DNA of 64,000 bases from Candidatus Zipacnadia bacterium (GTDB lineage Bacteria; Armatimonadota; Zipacnadia; Zipacnadales; UBA5352), in assembly GCA_029820945.1 (NCBI GenBank), contig JALGUJ010000010.1:6782-70781 (forward strand), read 5' to 3'. Position 1 is the first letter of the stretch, and each line of letters starts with the position of its first letter. A program made the translations under genes and the position numbers. The notes under the pieces are model-generated. The model was not told where the DNA came from. It saw only the letters and a list, made by a program, of their open reading frames with translations, and did not search any database. Positions 16,995 to 25,782 of this stretch are shown in pieces.

Positions 16995-17603
16995 CTACGC
17001 GGCCGTCCGCGGCTCTCCCCGCCACCTCCTCTCCACCGCAGCAACCACGGACGGCACGGCGATGAGCTGCAGGATCAGGCCGGGAACCGCAGTCAAGGTC
17101 GCGGCCAGCACGTAGGGCATCGGCTGGCGCATGGACTCGGGGATCGCCGCCGACAGGTCGGGCGGCAGCAGGCTCACCGCCAGCAGCACCACTACTCCCA
17201 TGACCACGCGCCCACCAAGCAGCGTCAGGATCGTGGCCGGGACCACGTGCAGCCTCAGCCGTCGGTGCAGCAGGCTGGCGACCGCGCCCATCGTCGCCAG
17301 CTCCGCGACCATCAGCGGGAGCACCGGCATCACCGGCGGCATCCCCGTCAGCGCCGAGGACAGCAGGGGCGTGAGCAGACCCACCGCGGCGGCGATCGGC
17401 GGCGAGACCAGCATCCCGCACACCAGCACGGGCAGGTACATGGGCAGCAGCACGGCGCCCAGCTTCCCGCCACCGAACGCGTGGAAGGCGATCGGGAAGA
17501 CGATCCCCAGCGCGATGAAAAGCCCGCCCAGGCTCAGCTCCCTGGCCCAGGCGACCTCCTCGGCGACGGTGTGCGACCGCTTCTCGGCCGTCTGTGCACC
17601 CAT
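16995..17603 (-). CDS. ECF-transporter substrate-capture (S) component, substrate unknown; not CbiM/NikM-like
   Basis: About 200 aa, 5-6 TM segments, motif HAFGGGKLGAVLLPMYLPVLVCGMLVSP as in generic ECF S components. The N-terminus is [11 protein letters not shown], with no MHIPDG-type metal-binding N-terminus. Its start overlaps the pseudopilin stop by 1 nt. Confidence 0.7.
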   Translation of the reverse strand: MGAQTAEKRSHTVAEEVAWARELSLGGLFIALGIVFPIAFHAFGGGKLGAVLLPMYLPVLVCGMLVSPPIAAAVGLLTPLLSSALTGMPPVMPVLPLMVAELATMGAVASLLHRRLRLHVVPATILTLLGGRVVMGVVVLLAVSLLPPDLSAAIPESMRQPMPYVLAATLTAVPGLILQLIAVPSVVAAVERRWRGEPRTAA

Positions 17604-18277
17604 CAGACCTCATGCTCCGTGTCCCAGTAATCGCGCCAGACGTCCTCGGGAACGGGAGCGGCGTCCGCGGGGATCACGGTCCCGTTCTCTTCCCTCTCGG
17701 TGTTCGAGTGGTACTGCTCGGGCTTGAGCCACTTGACGTGCGCGTCGCCGAACAGCACGTTCGAGCCGTCGTTGTGGATGCGGCAGACCGCCCAGGCGTG
17801 CAGCGAGCCGCCGCGATGCACAGCCCTGTCGCCGTTCGGCGGCCCGGAGACGCAGCGGTCCCACTCGACCGTGAGGATCTTGTGGCTCGGGCTCTGGATC
17901 TGGGCCCGCGACCGCATCTGGAAGCCCGCCACGGCGCTCCCCGTCGAGGTCTCGCTGTCCATCAGCCCGCCGTTGTAGCCGTGACCGTAGAACCACGGGA
18001 GCTCCCGCCGGCTCGGGCACTTGAACAGCTCGCGGTTCTTCATGTACGGGTCCAGCTTCGTCTTCCACTCAAAGGTGGGCGGGTACATCTCGTCATAGTC
18101 TGACGTGTACATCTCGAAGGCCATCCCCTGCTGCTTCATGTTGCTCAGGCAGGTGATCGCGCGCGCCTTCTCGCGGGCCCGCGCGAAGACCGGGAACAGG
18201 ATCGCCGCCAGTATGGCGATGATCGCGATGACCACGAGAAGCTCGATGAGCGTGAAGCCACGCGGTGACATCAGCAT
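17603..18277 (-). CDS. prepilin-type N-terminal cleavage/methylation domain protein, H-X9-DG-like family (pseudopilin-like)
   Basis: N-terminus [32 protein letters not shown]-terminal motif [17 protein letters not shown]. Start is 18277 or 18271. Confidence 0.85.
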   Translation of the reverse strand: MLMSPRGFTLIELLVVIAIIAILAAILFPVFARAREKARAITCLSNMKQQGMAFEMYTSDYDEMYPPTFEWKTKLDPYMKNRELFKCPSRRELPWFYGHGYNGGLMDSETSTGSAVAGFQMRSRAQIQSPSHKILTVEWDRCVSGPPNGDRAVHRGGSLHAWAVCRIHNDGSNVLFGDAHVKWLKPEQYHSNTEREENGTVIPADAAPVPEDVWRDYWDTEHEV

Positions 18278-18285
18278 GCCCCCAT

Positions 18286-18312
18286 GTACTACGATTGGCA
18301 AAATCGTGCTAC
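18286..18312. promoter_or_regulatory. AT-rich imperfect palindrome, candidate operator or intercistronic hairpin
   Basis: GTAct-ACGATT-GGCAA-AATCGT-gcTAC. It lies between the nikR stop (18335) and the pseudopilin start (18277). Confidence 0.4.
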
Positions 18313-18334
18313 CCACGGGCAACAAAAGAGCGCA

Positions 18335-18796
18335 CTACTGCTGAACGGCCGTGCGGGTCAACTGCCCGTGCTTGACGCCGCGTGCGCTGATCATGCGATC
18401 GGCCAGGCGGCGGACCTGCTCGGCGGCCCCCCGCGCCACGATGACCTCGATGCAGTTATGGTGGTCCAGGTGTACGTGAGTGTTACAGATGACCGTAGGC
18501 TCGGCATCGTGCTGCAGCGCCGTGAGCTTCGCAACAACTCCAGGCACGTGGTGGTCGTAGACCAGCGTGATGGTGCCGACCACCTCACCGTCGGGGGCCT
18601 CCCACTGGCGGTTCACGAGGAAGGCCCGGGCCATGTCCCGCACGGCCTCGGAGCGGTTGGCGTACCCCGCCTCCTCTATCGCCTGATCGAGCTGCTGGAG
18701 CAGCTCGCGGTTCATTGAGACGCCGAATCGCTCGAGCGGCACAGCCAACACTCCCGTAGCACATTCCGGCGAAGCGTAACACACCGACCCGCCCAC
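18335..18796 (-). CDS. nikR: nickel-responsive transcriptional regulator NikR (ribbon-helix-helix plus C-terminal metal-binding domain)
   Basis: RHH region RFGVSMNRELLQQLDQAIEEAGYANRSEAVRDMARAFL. The C-terminal domain has histidine/cysteine metal ligands (VYDHH...HVHLDHHNCIEV). The true start may lie downstream of 18796, for example at a GTG. Confidence 0.85.
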   Translation of the reverse strand: MGGSVCYASPECATGVLAVPLERFGVSMNRELLQQLDQAIEEAGYANRSEAVRDMARAFLVNRQWEAPDGEVVGTITLVYDHHVPGVVAKLTALQHDAEPTVICNTHVHLDHHNCIEVIVARGAAEQVRRLADRMISARGVKHGQLTRTAVQQ

Positions 18797-18814
18797 GTCA
18801 AGTCACGGGTCGGC

Positions 18815-20305
18815 TCAGCCGCCGCCCGTGACTCGCCGGATGAGACGCCGCACCGCGTCTCGCTCGGCGGAAGGCAGCGACCACCAGACGAGTCCCCAGC
18901 CAAGCGCCATGACCGCCACGAGCCCGGCGATGCCCGCGCCGGTCCGGCCCGTGAGCACCGCTGCCGAGAAGGCTCCCAGAGCCAGCAGCCCCAGTATCCA
19001 GCCCGCACCGACGTGCAGGCGCAGCGCGGTCCGCGCCTCGGCGAACAGCACCAGGGTCATCAGCGTACCTGCGGCGAACTGCGCCAGGGCGGCGCCGAGA
19101 GCGCCGTGCGTAGGCACCAGGAGCAGATCGAGGCCGAGGATGAGCCCGACCAGCAGCGCGTTATTGACCAGCGCCAGCCGCGAGCGCCCGGCGAACATGA
19201 CCACGTGGTTGAGCAGGTAGAACATGCTCGCGGGCAGGATGTCGGCGGCCATCACGCGGATGGCCGGCACCGCCGGCGCGAAGTCCCTTCCGAACAGCCC
19301 GGACAGGGGCTCGGCGAGTGCGATCAGAGCGGCCGCGAGCGGCACGCCGGCCGCCACGATCAGCAGCGCCATCACCGCCGTGAGCCGTCCCAGCTCCGCG
19401 GAGTCCTCGCGCTGCAGCCTCGCGACCACGGGGTCCAGCGCCCAGGTGACGGAACGCACCAGCAGCACGCCGATGAACGACACCCGGAGCGCGGCCGCAA
19501 ACAGGCCCGTCTCCCCCGCTCCGGCCAGAATCCCCGTGAGGAGCAGTCCCAGGGAGCTGGAGGTGGAGATCACGAGCGTGGCGCCGGCGGCGGGCAGGCC
19601 GAAGGCCGCCAGCTCGCGCCTTCGGACGGCGGAGATACCGGCGTCGCGGCGTGGTGGCACCAGCCCCCGCACGAGGAGGACGGCGATGATCACCGCCACA
19701 CCAAGCCCCACAAGCCGCGCCACCACCGCCGACGCAACCGAGAGGCCGAGCACACCGAAGAGCACCACCAGCCCGAGCTGCAGGGAGGGGAGCACGATCT
19801 GCTGGGGGATCGCGCGCAGCTCCTGGCGGTCGAAGGCCTGTGCGGCCGAGACCAGCACGGTCAGCAGCACCCACAGCGGAACCGTGAGGGCGAAGAGGCG
19901 GATGATCGCGACCAGCTCGGCCCGTTCGAAGGCCCGGTTCGCCAGTGGTACCGCGGCGAGCGACAGCAGCGCCGCCGCGATCAGGCCCGACACCAGCGCC
20001 ACGCGCAGCGACCAGCCGAGCACTCCCGCGACGCCGGCGCGGTCCTGCTTCGCTCGGAGCGCCGGGATGGTGCGCACGATGGCGGCGTCCAGGCCCAGCA
20101 TGCCGGCGACCATCAGGTAGCGGGAGAGCGGGAAGCCGACGGAGTAGAGGCCGAGGCCATCGCGTCCGAAGAGCCGCCCAAGGGCCACGACCTGCGCGAA
20201 GGCCAGGCCCGCGGCCACGAGCTGGGCCGCCCCCGAGATGCCCGCGCCCCTGAGCACCGTGCCCAGGGGACCATGGGCGCCATCACCGGTTGGTTCGTCG
20301 CTCAC
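18815..20305 (-). CDS. MOP-superfamily oligosaccharide/polysaccharide flippase (Wzx-like)
   Basis: About 496 aa, very hydrophobic, with about 12-14 predicted TM segments. Composition and length are typical of Wzx/MurJ-like polysaccharide biosynthesis proteins. GTG start. Confidence 0.7.
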   Translation of the reverse strand: MSDEPTGDGAHGPLGTVLRGAGISGAAQLVAAGLAFAQVVALGRLFGRDGLGLYSVGFPLSRYLMVAGMLGLDAAIVRTIPALRAKQDRAGVAGVLGWSLRVALVSGLIAAALLSLAAVPLANRAFERAELVAIIRLFALTVPLWVLLTVLVSAAQAFDRQELRAIPQQIVLPSLQLGLVVLFGVLGLSVASAVVARLVGLGVAVIIAVLLVRGLVPPRRDAGISAVRRRELAAFGLPAAGATLVISTSSSLGLLLTGILAGAGETGLFAAALRVSFIGVLLVRSVTWALDPVVARLQREDSAELGRLTAVMALLIVAAGVPLAAALIALAEPLSGLFGRDFAPAVPAIRVMAADILPASMFYLLNHVVMFAGRSRLALVNNALLVGLILGLDLLLVPTHGALGAALAQFAAGTLMTLVLFAEARTALRLHVGAGWILGLLALGAFSAAVLTGRTGAGIAGLVAVMALGWGLVWWSLPSAERDAVRRLIRRVTGGG

Positions 20306-20385
20306 GGGGCCGCCACCGCCGGCCTGTGCTTGAGTGCGCGCACGCGGCCTTCCACGCGGCGGGGCCCGGCTCCTGCGCGGACGCG

Positions 20386-21729
20386 TCAGGCCATCGGAGT
20401 GCCTTCGAGGTGCTCAGGGAGGTCCTCGCCGAGGAGCGAGAGGGCGGTGGGAGCGCCGTCCTCGACGCAGGGGGTGCCCTCGGCCAACGTGCGGCCCCGG
20501 ATCAGCCAGAAGGCGTCGCCGTAGGTGTGCATGCCCGTGATGGGGCTGGAGGTGAACAGCTCGTCGCCGGCCAGGCTGCTCTTGAGGTCGTAGCCGTCAC
20601 GCGGGATGGCCAGCAGATCGGGCGCGTTGTCGAGGGCGGCGCCGTGGAACAGCTCCTCGCGCGGCCGCACAGCCTGCAGCACCGGCTCGCCGGTGTCCGG
20701 ATCGGCCAGCTCCATCAGCGAGGTCGCTATCTCCTCGCGCAGTGCCTCGTAGTGCTCGCCGGGCTCCACGCAGCCCTGCGGCTCGCGCCCACGCAGGTTG
20801 AGGCGTATCCGGCCCGGCGTCATCGAGAACACACTGGTGTCCTCGTCGATGTCGCCGATCTTCGCCTCCTCCGTGGCGGGGATGGCGAGATAGCCGTGCG
20901 CGCGCAGCCAGGCGTCGATGTTGACCTCGTGAACGGTCCGCGTGAAGCCGTGGTCGGAGAGCAGCAGCAGCTCGGCATCGTCGCCGGCGGCCCGCATGAT
21001 CTCGCCGACGGCCGCGTCCACCCCGCGGTAGTACTGCACGAAGCGCGGCGCGTAGTCGGGATCACCGTCCGCCCACTTCGCCCACACGAAGTGGTTGGTG
21101 CGGTCGGTGCCCATGATGTGCACCATGGCGTAGGTCCACTGCTCCGACGCGAGTAGCTCCGTGGCGGCGGCGACGCGGGCGCGAAGCGTCGCGTCCAGGT
21201 CCTCGAGCAGCGCATCGAGCGACTGCCGGGCCTGCCAGGGGTCGATGTCGATCCGGTAGCCCAGCGCCTGGAGGCGCTCGGCCAGCTCGGGTGGATGCGT
21301 GGCGCCGTCGAGCCTCGGGGCGAGAAAGCCACTGACGAGCACGCCGTTGACCTCAGGGGGCGGCGCCGTCACGGGGACGTTGATGATGACCACCCGACGC
21401 CCGCGTTCGCCCAGGATGCGCCAGAGCTGCGGCGACCGCACATACTGGCTGCCCGTGATGTACTGCCGGTAGGAGCCCGGCTCGAGGTCGGCGAAGCCGA
21501 AGACGCCGTGCGTGCCCGGGTTCACGCCGGTCACGAACGAGGTCCAGGCCGTGCAGGAGACCGTCGGGTAGGTGGAGCGTGCGGGGCGCAGATCGCCGGA
21601 TGCGGCGACGGCCGCCAGGTTGGGCATCTCGCCGCCATCGATGAGCTCGGTCAGGAGCGAGTGCGGCACACCGTCGAGGCCCATGACAAGCAGCCTGCGC
21701 CCGGGCCCGCGCCGGAAGAGCCGAAGCAT
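20386..21729 (-). CDS. alkaline-phosphatase-superfamily protein (type I phosphodiesterase / nucleotide pyrophosphatase family)
   Basis: Motifs VMGLDGV, YPTVSCTAWTSFVTGVNPGTHG (Thr nucleophile region) and LLLSDHGF are typical of the NPP/AP family. Confidence 0.75.
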   Translation of the reverse strand: MLRLFRRGPGRRLLVMGLDGVPHSLLTELIDGGEMPNLAAVAASGDLRPARSTYPTVSCTAWTSFVTGVNPGTHGVFGFADLEPGSYRQYITGSQYVRSPQLWRILGERGRRVVIINVPVTAPPPEVNGVLVSGFLAPRLDGATHPPELAERLQALGYRIDIDPWQARQSLDALLEDLDATLRARVAAATELLASEQWTYAMVHIMGTDRTNHFVWAKWADGDPDYAPRFVQYYRGVDAAVGEIMRAAGDDAELLLLSDHGFTRTVHEVNIDAWLRAHGYLAIPATEEAKIGDIDEDTSVFSMTPGRIRLNLRGREPQGCVEPGEHYEALREEIATSLMELADPDTGEPVLQAVRPREELFHGAALDNAPDLLAIPRDGYDLKSSLAGDELFTSSPITGMHTYGDAFWLIRGRTLAEGTPCVEDGAPTALSLLGEDLPEHLEGTPMA

Positions 21730-21731
21730 CC

Positions 21732-22289
21732 CTACTCCATCGCCTCCGTCACGGCCTCCGCGGCGGGCAGGTAACCGAGCTCGCGCAGCGCGCCCATGAC
21801 CGCCTCAACGCACTCCTCCACGCTGCTCTCGGCGGTGCGTACGTGCACCTCGGGGGCGTCCGGCGGCTCGTAGGGCTGATGCATGCCCGCGATGTCGCTG
21901 ACCTCGCCGCGCGCGGCGCGGGCATAGAGGCCCTTGGGGTCGCGCTGCTGGCAGACCTCAAGCGGGGTGTCCACGTAGACCTCCACGAACTTCTCGCACC
22001 AGCTCCGGGCGCGGTCGCGGTAGGCCCGCCGCGACGACACCGCGGCGATCACGACGTTCGCGCCGTAGCCCGCCAGCTTGTTGGCGAACCACGCCAGCCG
22101 CTTGGTGTTCTCGTCCCGCGCCTCCTCGCTGTAGCCGAGGTTCGGGCTGAGGTTGCTGCGCACCTCGTCGGCGTCGAGATTCTCGACCGGCAGCCCCATT
22201 GCCTCAAGCTCTCTCTGAACCGCGGCGGCAAGAGTGGACTTGCCCGACGCGGGAATGCCCGTGAACCAGATGACGATTCCGTGCTCCAT
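21732..22289 (-). CDS. cysC: adenylylsulfate (APS) kinase
   Basis: Motifs WFTGIPASGKSTLA (P-loop), LD.D.VR..L...LGYS...R.EN and KGLY..A..GE. Size 185 aa. Confidence 0.9.
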   Translation of the reverse strand: MEHGIVIWFTGIPASGKSTLAAAVQRELEAMGLPVENLDADEVRSNLSPNLGYSEEARDENTKRLAWFANKLAGYGANVVIAAVSSRRAYRDRARSWCEKFVEVYVDTPLEVCQQRDPKGLYARAARGEVSDIAGMHQPYEPPDAPEVHVRTAESSVEECVEAVMGALRELGYLPAAEAVTEAME

Positions 22290-22320
22290 GCCGCTCTCCT
22301 CCTGTGCCGTCGCTGCGTGG

Positions 22321-23475
22321 CTATGACACGAACGGGTCGTCGAACTGGCGGATGACCTCGAAGACCTCGGGGCGCATGATCTCGGGCCGCGGCGGCGTGC
22401 CCTCCCGGATCATGGCGCGAATCTCGGTGCCCGAGAAGGACAGGCAGGTGTCGCCCTCGTGCGGGCAGGTGCGGTTGGACGCGACACGGCCGCACGTGCA
22501 GCAATACCAGAAGTCACCCCGAATGGTAATCGGCTGAATCTCCAGCTCATCGGCCATCGACTCGAACTTCTCGATGGCCTCCTCCTCGCCGTAGTAGTCG
22601 CCCACCCCGGCGTGATCGCGGCCGATGATGATGTGCGTGCAGCCGTAGTTCTTGCGCATGATCCCGTGCAGGATCGCTTCCTTGGGTCCGGCGTAGCGCA
22701 TCTCGGTGGGGAGTATGCTGAGGAAGACGCGATCGGGGTTGAAGTAGCCCGCGATCAGCGCCTCATAGGCCGCCAGGATCACCTCATCGCGGTAGTCGCC
22801 GGGCTTCTTCTTGCCGATGATCGGCTGGATCAGTAGCCCGTCCACCAGGCCGATCACGGTCTTCTGCAGGTCCTCGTGGCCCGCGTGCGGCACGTTCCGC
22901 GTCTGGAAGGCGCAGACGGTGCGCCAGCCGCGCTCCTCGAACACCTCACGGGTCTCGGCGGGGACGAGGTTCACGTCCGCGAACGGCCCCCGGTCGTCGT
23001 CGATCAGCTCCACGGTGCCGCCGACGGCGTAGTCCCCGCGCGCATGGTAGCCGGCGACGCCCGGGTGCTCTGCGTCGTCCGTCCCGAAGACCGACTCGGC
23101 CGCTGCCGCCTTGTCCCAGGCGAAGACGTCCTGCACGCTCAGCAGCGCCACGGGGCGATCGGGCGCGGACTGAGCGACGATGACGACCTCTGCGCCCTCC
23201 TCGATCGTCGAGGCGTCCCGGACGGTCAGGAGGATCGGGATCGTGAAGACCGTGCCGTCCGGCAGGCGCTCGTCTTGGACGATGGAGCGAAGCTGGTCGC
23301 GGGTTACGAAGCCCTCCAGGGGGCTGAAGACCCCGCGCGCGAGGTTGCGGGCCTCATCCGCGATCTCGTCCGCGACGACGAGCCTCGGCAACTCGGCGGC
23401 CCTCGCAAGGGCCGCTTCGCGCGCCTCGCCGGTGAGCACCCGGTTCACCAGCGTGCCACCGTGTGCGTCGATCAT
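22321..23475 (-). CDS. sat: sulfate adenylyltransferase (ATP sulfurylase)
   Basis: Motifs FQTRNVPHAGHE, GRDHAGVG and MRYAGPKEAILHGIMRKNYGCTH. SD AGGAGG lies 7 nt upstream of the ATG. Confidence 0.9.
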   Translation of the reverse strand: MIDAHGGTLVNRVLTGEAREAALARAAELPRLVVADEIADEARNLARGVFSPLEGFVTRDQLRSIVQDERLPDGTVFTIPILLTVRDASTIEEGAEVVIVAQSAPDRPVALLSVQDVFAWDKAAAAESVFGTDDAEHPGVAGYHARGDYAVGGTVELIDDDRGPFADVNLVPAETREVFEERGWRTVCAFQTRNVPHAGHEDLQKTVIGLVDGLLIQPIIGKKKPGDYRDEVILAAYEALIAGYFNPDRVFLSILPTEMRYAGPKEAILHGIMRKNYGCTHIIIGRDHAGVGDYYGEEEAIEKFESMADELEIQPITIRGDFWYCCTCGRVASNRTCPHEGDTCLSFSGTEIRAMIREGTPPRPEIMRPEVFEVIRQFDDPFVS

Positions 23476-23523
23476 CAGCGCGTCCTCCTGCTCAGCGGCG
23501 GTGCTCGACCGCTCGGGAGAATG

Positions 23524-23569
23524 TTATAAGAGTGTCCACCGGCGCCATCTTACACTATTATAGGAGTGT
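23524..23569. promoter_or_regulatory. divergent promoter region with a 12-nt direct repeat and ACACT/AGTGT inverted repeats
   Basis: TTATAAGAGTGT (23524-23535) and TTATAGGAGTGT (23558-23569) are 34 bp apart. On the minus strand the region reads TTGACG-18nt-TAAGAT and contains a perfect TATAAT. It is strongly AT-enriched. Confidence 0.5.
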
Positions 23570-23661
23570 GCGTCAAGCAGAAACGGGGAGGCCATCGCCA
23601 GCTCTCGGCGAATCTGACGCCGCACGTGAGACGCCACCCCGGTCCAGGGAAGCGGATAGCC

Positions 23662-25602
23662 ATGGGAGAAGTCACCATCCTCGCCGACATGGCGGGCCGA
23701 CACACCGCGAAGGACGTCTACAACCTCTGGACGCAGAGTCGGGAGAGCTCCGTGCTCTTCGGCTGGCAGACCGCCGCCGGCCGGCACCGGAGCTTCTGCC
23801 TGGATGACGGCGGCAACCTCCACCCCGTCGCGGTGCCCTGGGAGCCCGAGCAGGCAGACCGGCAATGGTCGGTCGCAGAGTGCGGCGGCACGGTCGTGCA
23901 GGCGGAGCACGGGCTGGGCATCGGCGGCCGGCCGACGAGCTTCGGGGTGCGCGTCCGACTCGGCGACGAGGTGGCGGAGCTGGGCGTGGACGCGGCCTCG
24001 CTGCTCTTCCCCGTCGTCTGCTTCGATGACCGGGGCGAGCCGATGGTCGCGATGGTGAAGACTGAGGACGTCGAGAACCCCGACGGCGTCATCGATCAGC
24101 ACAACTACGTCGTCGTGGCGCGCCGCGATGGCGGTGCGTGGCTGCTTGAGGAGGTCGCCGACCTGAAGTACGGGCTCCTGCCCAAGGGGGGCGTCTGGGG
24201 GTATCCCGGCAGGCGCCGCAGACCGTTCCTGGTGCCCGACAGCCGTGGCGGCGTCTGGGTACTGTGGGAGCGCAAGGAGCCGCACGACCAGAGCACGCGC
24301 ATCAGCGCCGGCGCGCTGCTGGGGCGGAGATTCCTTGGCGGCGAGTGGCTGGAGCCGGTGCGGATCATCGAGGAGCCCTATGTGGACTACGCCCCCGACC
24401 CGGCGGGCGTCGTGGCGGGCGAGATCGTGGTGGCCGCGCAGCGGGGAGTGCCCTTCACGCAGCCCGGCCGCGGCGAGGTGGTGCTGCTGAAGGCGGCGGT
24501 GGATGATTGCCCGGTCCAGCCGGAAGATACCGGCTGGGAGGGCTGGGAGACGGTGGACCTCGCGGCGCGCCGGTACTTCGCGCCCGAGGACCGCACGCTG
24601 GCCCTGGACGATGGGCGCTACGAGCTGCTCTTCGGCGACCCACACACGCACACCGGGCTCTCCGAGGACGCCGAAGGCGACCTGGTCGAGCTGATAGCCT
24701 ACGCGCGCGACAAGGCAAAGCTGGACTTCGTCGCCATCACCGACAACGACTGCATCTACGGCGGACGGCTCTCCGACGCGGGCTGGAAGCAGACCATGGA
24801 GCAGGGGCGGGCCTGGGCCGAGGACGGCCGCTTCATCGTCATCCCGGCCTACGAGTGGACGCAGGCCAAGTGGGGGCCGGTCACACCCCAGCACCGATCG
24901 ATCCTGTTCGAGTCCTACGACCAGCCGCTGCTCCGCTGGGCGGACGCGGGCATCGGCCAGGCGCACGACCCCTTCGAGGCCCTGCTCTCGTGGATCGAGA
25001 CCACCAACGGGATCATGAATACGCAGCACGCCCGCTTCCTGTTGTCCGACAGCGACCGCGAGGCGAACATGGAGGTCGTCTGCGGCTGGGGCGACTACAT
25101 CAACCGCTCCGAGTGCTTCCACGAGCATCTCGACCGCGGCTTCCACGTGGGCTTCGTCGGCACATCCGACGGGCACCGGCGCACGCCGGGCCTCGGCGGC
25201 GGGCTTACCGGCCTGTGGGTGCGCGAGTTCACGCTCGCGGGCATCATCGACGCCTTCCGGGAGCGCCGCTGCTACGCGACGGCCGGAGCGCGCATCGGCC
25301 TCAAGCTCTGGCTCAACGACAGCTTCATGGGGCGCACGACGCCCGAGGCCGAGAGCTACCACGCGCGCATCGCAGTGCAGGCGCCGCGCGAGGTCGAGAC
25401 GGTGGAGATCATCGGCGACGGGGAGGTCGTCGCGACGCTGCGCGACCTGCCCGCGAGCTTCGACGAGACAGTCGAGGGCCTGCCGCCGTGCCGCTGGTAC
25501 TACGCCAAGGTCACCATGCCCGGCGGCTTCCCGGAATACCCGTCGAACATCGCCCCCGCCGAGGGCCCATGGGCGTGGAGCTCACCGGTGTTCGTCGGGT
25601 AG
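23662..25602 (+). CDS. DUF3604 / PHP-like metal-dependent hydrolase (paralog of 13339-15288)
   Basis: Motifs LLFGDPHTHTGLSEDA, FVAITDND, and GTSDGHRRTPG. Same domain order as the paralog. ATG 23662 was chosen over the track start at 23566. Confidence 0.65.
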   Translation: MGEVTILADMAGRHTAKDVYNLWTQSRESSVLFGWQTAAGRHRSFCLDDGGNLHPVAVPWEPEQADRQWSVAECGGTVVQAEHGLGIGGRPTSFGVRVRLGDEVAELGVDAASLLFPVVCFDDRGEPMVAMVKTEDVENPDGVIDQHNYVVVARRDGGAWLLEEVADLKYGLLPKGGVWGYPGRRRRPFLVPDSRGGVWVLWERKEPHDQSTRISAGALLGRRFLGGEWLEPVRIIEEPYVDYAPDPAGVVAGEIVVAAQRGVPFTQPGRGEVVLLKAAVDDCPVQPEDTGWEGWETVDLAARRYFAPEDRTLALDDGRYELLFGDPHTHTGLSEDAEGDLVELIAYARDKAKLDFVAITDNDCIYGGRLSDAGWKQTMEQGRAWAEDGRFIVIPAYEWTQAKWGPVTPQHRSILFESYDQPLLRWADAGIGQAHDPFEALLSWIETTNGIMNTQHARFLLSDSDREANMEVVCGWGDYINRSECFHEHLDRGFHVGFVGTSDGHRRTPGLGGGLTGLWVREFTLAGIIDAFRERRCYATAGARIGLKLWLNDSFMGRTTPEAESYHARIAVQAPREVETVEIIGDGEVVATLRDLPASFDETVEGLPPCRWYYAKVTMPGGFPEYPSNIAPAEGPWAWSSPVFVG

Positions 25603-25782
25603 CGCCGGCGGCCGGTACGGCCGCCCGGCAACGGTGGGCCGGACGCGAGAGCGGACTCGGCGCTCCAGACGGCACGGCAAGCGGCGAGGGCGAGAGGTGA
25701 ACCGTTACGCGAGTGCAGCTCCGCGCGCGGGCGCGGGGCGGCGAGGTTGCACCACGGTGCGGCCTGCTGTTCTGGCCCCCCC

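Noticed and set aside
16052-17603. Calling the ECF module a classical CbiMNQO/NikMNQO nickel-cobalt transporter.
   Set aside because: The Q and O components fit, but the S component lacks the CbiM/NikM N-terminal metal-ligating motif and no N/K/L component is present. Substrate assignment is therefore left open.
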